Source of the DNA: Chrysochromulina tobinii
Taxonomy: Eukaryota
NCBI GenBank assembly: GCA_001275005.1
Contig: JWZX01003217.1
Location: 1 to 54,972, forward strand
DNA length: 54,972 nucleotides
Direction of reading: 5' to 3'
The position numbers and the translations under genes were made by a program. Shown in pieces: positions 9,601-17,617 of the stretch (the stretch's first letter is position 1; every line of letters begins with the position of its first letter). The notes beneath the pieces are model-generated. The model ran no database searches and was not told the origin of the DNA. It worked only from the letters and a program-made list of their open reading frames with translations.

Positions 9601-12600
9601 AGGAGCAGCTTGCGTGCGGTCTCCTGGTCGGCCAACGTGTCGAGCAGCGCGACGGCGTTCGTCTCGAACCATTTCTCGAGGCTGACGAGCTCGTCCGACT
9701 CGGCCGAGAGGGAGACGCGCAGCTTGCGACAGACCTCCTGGCCGATCAGCGCCGCACGCAGCGGAGACACAGTGCGCTCCCAGATGACCTTGACGAACCT
9801 GGCCGCGCCGCAGCAGATGCCCCACACCAGCAAGTCGAAGGCTCGGACGGTCCTCTGGCGCGCGGCGTAGTACTCGAAGCCCACAATGTGCTGGCGCAGC
9901 ATGAGCACATGCTCCTCGCGCCACGGCGTCGTGTCGGGCAGGTCAAACGGCAGGCGCGCACCCAGAGCCGAGGCGGACATGCCAAGTTCTCCAAAGAGCG
10001 TGGAGAGGCTCACTTCGGACACCTTCGCGCCATACTGCAGCAGCAGGTCCACGATGCGCACGTCGAACGAAGGGTCGGTCACGCGCAGCAGCGCCTCCTG
10101 CAGCGCCTCCTGCACCATCTCCGCACGCGCGGCCGCCGAAGTTCCATACGAGCTCGTATGCATCAGCAGCTGATGGAGCACATCGTACCGCCCCCAGCGC
10201 GCCACCAGCGCGACGCCGAGCGCGTGCCCGCCCTTGCCGCTCACCATGTTACTCGACGCGCGCATGAAATCATTGCACGCAGCCTGAAGCAAGAGGCGCG
10301 ACACCTCCAGCCTGATGAGCTTGACGTCCTCCTCGCTCAGTGCATTGACGTCCTCCTTCAGGGCGAGCGCACGCAGCTTCTCAATGCACTCGTCGACCGA
10401 GTTGCTCCTCTCGAGGGCCACCCAGCGCCCACGCACGAGCACATCGACCCCGAGCTTGCCTCCGAACGAGCCACTGCGGCTCCTGTCGCGCCTGTCGCGC
10501 CCAGGCTCGTCACGCTGTGGTGAGCACGTGCATGCAAGACAGGCCATCAGTGGCAATCAACGCACCTGTCGCGCCCATGCTCGTCACGCCCGCCCCGCTT
10601 GCTCTCATGCTCCGCCGCGTGGCAGCTCAGCCGCAGCTCGAGCGTCGTGCCGAGCGATCGAATCGACAGCTGGCGCATCGTGTCGATAGGCTGGTGGCGC
10701 AGCAGCCGCTGCTTCACTGCTTCACAGGCCCACTGCTGCTGTGACGCGTACAGCGTCAGATTCTCGTCGACGTCGCGCCAGCACACACGACTCTCCACTT
10801 TAGGGCTCTCCTCTTTAGCCGTCATCCGCTGAAGCACCGAGATGCGCATGGATAAACCGCGCCAGTTGATCGCCGACGCCGGTGTCTCCGTCGAGATCCA
10901 TAGCTCGTCCTCCGGCTCGTCGTCGTCCGGCTCCTCGTCCGAGTTGGTCGGACCGCCTGTGCGAGCGGCAGCCCCCTTTCGAGAGCTCATCGAGCGCAAG
11001 GTCCTGCCCATGAACGATCTGGCGGACCTGATGCCCATGAACGATCTGGCGGACCGTGACTCGCTCCCCGTGTGTGAGTACGACTGCAGGCGAATCTTGG
11101 AGGAGAGCTCTCGCGACATGTGGAAGTGGACTGCGGTCGTCTCGATCCACGCGTGGTCCGTGTTGCGTGGGTCGTCCACGTAGCCGCGGTACACAATCCG
11201 CGCATCCTCGCTCGAGAGCTCATCGGGCAGGTTGAAGAGCTCGTCCAGGAGCAGGCGCGTCCGATCCCGCGGCTGGCCACGGTAGTTCGCTGCGCGCTGC
11301 GCGAGGCCGGCTTGCGGCTCAAAGGCCTGGCGCAGCGCCTGCGCCAGCGTCTCGCCCTCGCGGATCAGCCGCCCTGGGAGCGATCGGCCATGCCGCGCGC
11401 TGTGGTGAGCACTTGCATGCAAGACAGGTCATCAGTGGCAATCAACGCACCTGGCAGCGACCACTCATCGGAGCCATCAGTACGCTTGACGACCACCACC
11501 TGCAGCTGGTTCGTCGTTGGGTGTAGCCGCGTGACGATCGGGTCGGCCGCGTGGTTGGGTCCCCACTTGCCCAGCAGCCCGCGGCCCGCGAGCCCCGTCC
11601 GCCCTCGCGGGTTGAGCGGTCGGCCACGCCCACCGTTGGGCTCGAGACTTGCGTTGCCCTCTTCGAACTGGAGGGGCCCCTCGAAGGTGAGCCGGCGCTC
11701 GATCCGCTTGGACGTGAGAGCAAACGTCTCCGCGGAGCGCGGGTCGAGTAGCCGTTTGGCGCTGCCCCTCGGGCTGACGACGGGGCTGGACACCTCCTGT
11801 ATCAAATTCTCCATAGATACATGTCGCTGTCTCGGGTCTTCCGGGTCGGCCCAGCGCTGCTGACGCGTCCGGCTGCGAAAGTTGTCGGTCACAGTCGGGT
11901 CGGTGTAGTCCGCCGGAGCGTATCCAGGGAAGGGCACGGACCAAGGCACCTTCTCGTCGGGCACTTGGACGCGGGCCGGATACCTATCGGGCGCGGGTCG
12001 TACGCGCGCTCGCTCGTGCGGCGCGATCTTCTCCGCCACTCGATCGACAAGCTGCCGGTGGCTCGCGTACAGGTTCGCATACCGGTCCTCGGACAGCGGG
12101 TTGATGTCGAGCCAGATGGCGCGCGTGGCGTCATCGCCTGCGCCGAGCGCGAGCTTGTCTCCTGCGAGGCGAGATTGGGGGCGAGATTAGACGGAGATTG
12201 CAGGCGAGATTGGAGGCGAGATTGGGCCGAGATTGGAGGCGAGAGGCGCACCGATCTCGGGCGGGCAGTGGAAGTGGAATGCGGTCGTCTCGATCCACGC
12301 GTGGTCCGTCGTCCGCGGGTCGTCCACGTAGCCGCGGTACACCACGGTGCCGCCCGAGGCGAAGAGCCTACCGGTCGCCTCTTCAAAGAGTCTCTGCCCT
12401 TCTGGGTCGGGAATGTTGCCCACCTCCGCCCTGAACTCGCGCTGGACCGTCTCTGACACCGTCTCTCCCTCGTCCACCATACCTCCAGGAAGGGCCCACA
12501 CGCCCGGCTGGTCGGCACGCTCGATCGCAACCATCTGCAGCTGGTTCGTCGTTGGGTGTAGCCGCGTGACGATCGGGTCGGCCGCGTGGTTGGGTCCCCA

Positions 12601-14604
12601 CTTGCCCAGCAGCCCGCGGCCCGCGAGCCCCGTCCGTCCTCGCGGGTTGAGCGGCAGTCGCTTCTCATGATCCCAGAGCAGCACGCCTTTCGTCTCGTAT
12701 GTCTTGCGCGAGAGTACCTCGGCGATGAGATCGCTGCTCAGTGGCGCGGGCGGGTCGGCCCACTTAGCCTTCGCATGCGCACGTCGCTCTTCGCGCGTGG
12801 CCCCGTGGTTGCAGAACTTGGTCAGCACCGGGTGCTCGTACGTGGGCGGGTGGTAGCCTCCCGCCGCTGTCCAGTCGGCCTCCCATGGCACAAGACCCTC
12901 GTCCGCAATGGGCAGCCGGCGCACGCCTTCGGGGCAGTCCGCGCCCACGTAACGGTCGCGATCGCGCGCCTTAAGGTGCACGGGCGGCTTGGCGGGTTGC
13001 TCGAGGGAGCCCACTGGCTGCGGAACCTTGACGGCGCGGCGCGCCAGCTTGCGCCGCTCGATGTCAGCGTCAGTGCGCAGCTTGCAGCTGGCGACGACCG
13101 CGTTGAGGATGGAAGTCTCGAGAGACTCGGCTTTGGCCATTGAGAAGACGATCATCAGGTCACGCAACGTGCGCTTGTCGAGCGTGTGCGGCGCGGGCGT
13201 GTGCGAGAGTGAGGGCAGCAGCAGTCGCACCGCCTCCTCCACCTTCTCCCGTGGCACCTTGAGCACGTCCCACTGCTCAAGCTGCTCGTGTAGCAGAGTC
13301 GCCCAAAGCTCGACCGACCCCGGCTCTCGCTCCGGATGCTCCTGAACCTTGAGGGCGAAGTCCGCGAGGGCGCGTGCACAGCCGCGTGACTCGCGCACGA
13401 GCACGCAAGGCGTGTGGTTGCTCCAGGTCGTCAGGATCGTATTGAACGTGCCGCGCCCGCCCTGGACCATGAGGAGCACCCATCAGAGGTCATCAGGGTC
13501 ATCCGAGGTCATCAGAGGAGCGCTTACCTGGATAACGAGGAGCACTGAGGGCACCATGAGCTTCTCGACGAGCCGCCGCTCCACCTGGCCACGTAGCTCG
13601 ATCTCAGCACCCCATGCTGGAGCGCGTGCCCCCGGGTCGTCGACGAGGATGAAGTGCGAGTGGTTCATGTCCAGCGCCGACGACGCGCTCGAGTTCTTGA
13701 TCCGCTTGATGTACGGCAGCAGTGGCGGCGGCAGGCGCTCCTCGGGCTTCGCCTGCCGCAGGCTCTCCTGGTTCGTCACGCACCCGAGCGGGGCGATGCC
13801 GATGAGCGGGGTGGCCCATGCGTGTCCCTCGGCGCGCACGTTGGTAGTGGTCCGACTGCGCAACGCGCGCCCAACCAGCTCCATCACGCCCGTGTCCATG
13901 CCGCCCGTGATTACCCACGCGCGCGTCGAGGACGCCGCCGAGTCGATGCCGTCGCGCAGCATATTCTCAAGTCGTGGCTCAAGGTCCATCGCCTGCGCTG
14001 AGCCGCTTACAGTGAGGAGCACGGATGGCACCTGGATGCGCCAGTAAGACAGTAACAGCTTGACAATTGCATCCGCATCCGTGCGCGTCGACACGCCTGC
14101 GAAGCGTGCAGGCTCGTCCATCAGCTCGTCATCGAAAGAGAAGAAGAGGCGGCCGATCTGGTGGATGCCCGTCGCGTAGAGGTTCCCTACGTCGGCATTG
14201 CTCTCTTGCCAGCGCTCTTCGCGGCGGTCCTCCACCTGTTGCTCGCACTGGCTCGACCAGCACCAGCTCTGTGCCAGCAGTGGCTTGGATTGGCTTAGCG
14301 AGTTGTGCGATGCTGGCGCTGTTCGCGGTGAGCTGCCGGCTGGTGTCGCGTCGCCGGAGCTATCTATGCCGAGCAACCTGCCCCCTCCAGCGGTCTTCTT
14401 ATATGAGCCGTCGGGCAACGCACCGTCGGCGAATCTAGTGTGCGTGTCCATGCCGGACGTGGCGCCATCTTCTCTATCAACGTCTCCCGAATCCCTGCCG
14501 GCTTTACTGATTTCTTTGGCAGGCAGACTCGACAGGTTGAGCGGCAGCGCCGGCGTGTTGGTGCGAGGGTGCACGCGGGACGAGTCCCCTCGCTGCCAAT
14601 GCAT
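6657..14604 (-). CDS. TRPM-like cation channel: SLOG - NUDT9-like x2 - MHR3/4 - six-TM ion-transport domain - coiled coil
   Basis: SLOG motifs AWVITGGMDTGVMELVG, LIGIAPLG, LDMNHSHFILVD and VIQGG. Two copies of PLNPRGRTGLAGRGLLGKWGPNHAADPIVTR...YRGYVDDPR.TDHAWIET. MHR4-like LLVWGI..IWE..PLRAAL..KFISHRYCQALVEEMWNG. S6 motif LFVNLLIAMF. ORFs join in frame via introns 13462-13527, 12162-12251, 11374-11450 and 10492-10565. Start codon and extreme C-terminus are uncertain. Confidence 0.85.
10492..10565 (-). mobile_element. Introner-like intron, copy B (74 nt)
   Basis: Same core with 2 mismatches, followed by a 23-nt copy (1 mismatch) of the upstream exon end that supplies the AG acceptor; alternative in-frame acceptor at 10483. 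Confidence 0.7.
11374..11450 (-). mobile_element. Introner-like intron, copy A (77 nt)
   Basis: Core GTGCGTTGATTGCCACTGATGACCTGTCTTGCATGCAAGTGCTCACCACAGCG is near-identical to the intron at 10492-10565; removal restores SLPG-RLIREGET. Confidence 0.7.
12162..12251 (-). other. GT-AG intron (90 nt) built of a CAATCTCGCC minisatellite
   Basis: G|GTGCGCC...CTCGCAG|GA; removal restores NUDT9 C-terminal LGAGDDA..IWLDI...LYASH. Confidence 0.85.
13462..13527 (-). other. GT-AG intron (66 nt) with CTGATGACC filler repeats; its 3' end copies the upstream exon
   Basis: GTGCTCCTCGTTATCCAG|GTAAGC...GTGCTCCTCATGGTCCAG|GGC; contains an in-frame TGA. Confidence 0.85.
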
Positions 14605-14923
14605 GTAACGCGGCGCTCCGTGTTCCGACACGCTGGGCGCGCTTGCCTGTGCGACGGTTTTACGCAAACACGGTCGTTTTCACGCGTGTCGTCTGACGTG
14701 TGAACGTTCACAGCGGCGACAAGCGGAAGTGTTCTCGCTCGCCTTTATGACATAAAATTCCCTGGAAGTCGCTCCCGCATTAGACGAGCTGCGCCAATTA
14801 CTCTACAAGTATTCAATTAGTTTGATTCCCTGAAAGACGCTACTCGCAATAGGCGAGCCGCGCCTTCTTTTGTATTTCCTGGATGTCGCTCTCGGCAAAC
14901 CAGCGTGATCTGATACCTCTATG

Positions 14924-17098
14924 TCACGCCTCAAGCTTGCCCATGAGGCGTGTTGACGGCGCGCCTCTTCTTGTTGACGGGCCGCCACTTCTGCATGTTG
15001 TGATCGCGGTGCTTGCATTGGCAGCAGCCAACGTTTGGCTCTCGCGTTGCTGCACCACACGGCGCTGCTTGTCGAGTTCGAGTCGGCCCGCTTCCTTCCT
15101 GATATTCATCGATTCACGCATCATGTAGATGGCCATTTCCTTGAAGAGTGTCCAGGTTTTGACTGCCTTGTACGCGTTCGGATAGGCGTGGATGAGGTTC
15201 ACAAAGTCCCTCTTGCTGACGGAACTTGTGTGCACGTATGTGTTCGTCACCGCGCGCAGCGGCTTGGCTTTTGTCAGCAACAGATCGGGCCAGCCCCACG
15301 TATCTCCCGGACCGAGCAAACTGGATCTCGTGGATGAGATGCGGTAGTGGACGCTGCCCTGTGAGATGAAGTAGAGGCACTTACCCGGGGGCAATTCCTT
15401 GGGCCCGAAGACGACGGGGCGCATGCTCAGCACTATCTGGCACAGGAAGCCCTTGCGCTCGGCCTCCATCACTCTTTGAAAGCACCCGGAGACGAAGCAC
15501 GGGATCCGCAAGAGCCAGTGCTTGTTGAGCTCCCACGTCACCCTCTGCTTGAGCATGGGCGACAGCTGCTCGATCGCGGCCATGCGCGAATCGTACTTCA
15601 AGACGTCGATCGTGTGGAAGTAGTAGCGGCGTAGCTCACGGGAAATTTCCTTGGAGAGCTTGTACTGGTCGCAGAAGCGGTTTAGCGCGTCGAGCCCCTC
15701 GGTGAACCGTTTGCGGTCTGGGTCGGCCTGCGTGAGCGCGACAATCAAATTGCCGAAGATAACCGTCCACGCGAAGACGCCAAAGAGGAGCATGACGAGT
15801 AGCAGAATGTACTCGGTCGGCTTGAACTGCACCTCCCACTCCGGTTGCAGCGCAGCCGCGTCGGTAGGAGAGGTCGGAGACGTCGATGAGGAGGTCGGAG
15901 AGGTCGAGTAGAAGGGCTTGTAGGGGCCCATTGCCGGCGTGATCGAGTAGCCGGTGAGCAGCTGCACAGACCAGAAGAGGCAGTGGAGGTACCGATAGGC
16001 GACGTCCACACACTCGGCGAGCACCCTACCCTGTGAGTCGGTGAGCAGGCTTCCGTCGGCCTCGACGCCCGCGGGCTTGCAATAGCCAAAGGTGCCGAGC
16101 CACGTGTCGAGAGGTGATTCGAAAAATGTGGTCCAGATGGCAACAATGCAAGCGTATGCGTGCGTGAGCATGCACGTCTGGGCGAGAAGGCTGATGAGCG
16201 TGACGGTCACTGAGTTGAGCGAGATGCGCTCGCGAGCGCGCTGGAACACACGCGAGGCGCGCATGAGCCGCAACAGCTTGACCAAGCGCAGCGCGCGCAA
16301 TGTGCGCAGCGCCTTGGCGCCGCCCGCATCGGGCCCTTCATTCGAAATGACCGGCAGAATGTCAAAAATGGACGGAAAGATCGAGATGACGTCGAGGAAG
16401 AACCAGCCGCGCACGTAGTTGCGTGCAAGCGCACGCGGATTCATCTCCCAGGCGCTCTTGCCTACAGGATCGCCCGCCTTCGGAACGATTGGCGTCATGA
16501 TGAAGAATGCGAAGATCACATCTAGGATGAAGATGCAATCGACGATACGGTTGATCACAAAGAGCGGTTCGTCGGCGCGAGTGGGTGGAGGTAGGAAACC
16601 GACCTCGAACGGCGTCAGCGCCGCAGTATACATGAGCGCAAGCCCGCCGATCACATCCCAGGCGGGAAAGATGGTCATGTTACTCAGCACCTTGAGGGCC
16701 ACTTGGTTCAAGACGTTCCTGGCGTTGATTTCTGCCCTGTCAAGCACCCGAGTCCCTTGTGGCCTACGGGAACGGATGTCGAGGCGCTTGCGTGCCACCA
16801 TTCTCCTTCGCTGCTCTCTCACAAAGGTGCCAGTCGGGTCAATTATGTACCAAGGAACCTTCTGAACACCGTCCAGCTCCTTGTTGATCAGCTTTGCTTC
16901 GATGACATCAGACATGCTCCGCTCTTCCTTCGGCACCAACGCTTGAGGCACCTCTTCCTCGTCAAGCTGCGCCTTCGCGTCCGGCTGCGAATCAGGCTCA
17001 GTCACAGGGCCAAACAGTGCCGTACTGTTTGTGCTTCTGTTTTGAGTTCCTGCCGTGCTCGACCCTCTTGCAAGGGATACCTTACAACCTCTCCTCAT
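14924..17098 (-). CDS. Cyclic-nucleotide-binding-domain ion channel (KCNH/CNG/HCN superfamily)
   Basis: S1-S3 WD...Y.A..TPFEVGF, IVDCIFILD, NYVRGWFFLDVIS; S4 LRTLRALRLVKLLRLMR; C-linker LSKEISRELRRYY; CNBD LYFISQGSV..LGPGD. Confidence 0.85.
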   Translation of the reverse strand: MRRGCKVSLARGSSTAGTQNRSTNSTALFGPVTEPDSQPDAKAQLDEEEVPQALVPKEERSMSDVIEAKLINKELDGVQKVPWYIIDPTGTFVREQRRRMVARKRLDIRSRRPQGTRVLDRAEINARNVLNQVALKVLSNMTIFPAWDVIGGLALMYTAALTPFEVGFLPPPTRADEPLFVINRIVDCIFILDVIFAFFIMTPIVPKAGDPVGKSAWEMNPRALARNYVRGWFFLDVISIFPSIFDILPVISNEGPDAGGAKALRTLRALRLVKLLRLMRASRVFQRARERISLNSVTVTLISLLAQTCMLTHAYACIVAIWTTFFESPLDTWLGTFGYCKPAGVEADGSLLTDSQGRVLAECVDVAYRYLHCLFWSVQLLTGYSITPAMGPYKPFYSTSPTSSSTSPTSPTDAAALQPEWEVQFKPTEYILLLVMLLFGVFAWTVIFGNLIVALTQADPDRKRFTEGLDALNRFCDQYKLSKEISRELRRYYFHTIDVLKYDSRMAAIEQLSPMLKQRVTWELNKHWLLRIPCFVSGCFQRVMEAERKGFLCQIVLSMRPVVFGPKELPPGKCLYFISQGSVHYRISSTRSSLLGPGDTWGWPDLLLTKAKPLRAVTNTYVHTSSVSKRDFVNLIHAYPNAYKAVKTWTLFKEMAIYMMRESMNIRKEAGRLELDKQRRVVQQRESQTLAAANASTAITTCRSGGPSTRRGAPSTRLMGKLEA

Positions 17099-17617
17099 TC
17101 GCCGACAGCTAGAAGCTGGTCACTAAAATACCTGATGGTGACCAGGGCTTTTGGCCGGAAGAGCGGAAGACAGGCCTGGACGGTCCGGATGATCGGAGCG
17201 GCCCAAAGGATCGGAGCGGCCCAAAGGAAAAGTGCCAAAACACGACGAAGCGTCTCGAGGCTCAACCTCCGTACCGGTATACCGGTAAAAAGACACCGGG
17301 GTAGCCCACCGGTCTAGACCGGTAAGACCGGTAACGCGACGTGCTGGTATGAAAACGACTAGGTGAGGCTGCTCTACGATGGTGGCGAGACGCGAGGCGC
17401 GCATTTCCATGTTATCGCACACGCGTCCCCCCGAAGCTTCCTCTCACGTACAATACCACGTTTCTAACATCTCCACCGGGTCTCCAACGCCATCCAAGCC
17501 GCCGTAGAATGGTTGCCGGTACCCAGCATGTCGTAACGTTCACAAACTCGTTCACACACCATCCCGTCCGTCGGCCGTGCAGCGCGGCCTCCTGCTGCAG
17601 AGGGCAACTTCCGGGAC

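Noticed and set aside
10547..14667. Treating the SLOG and Nudix ORFs as separate genes or a prokaryotic SLOG-Nudix defence operon
   Set aside because: Each junction has GT-AG sites that restore conserved motifs in frame.
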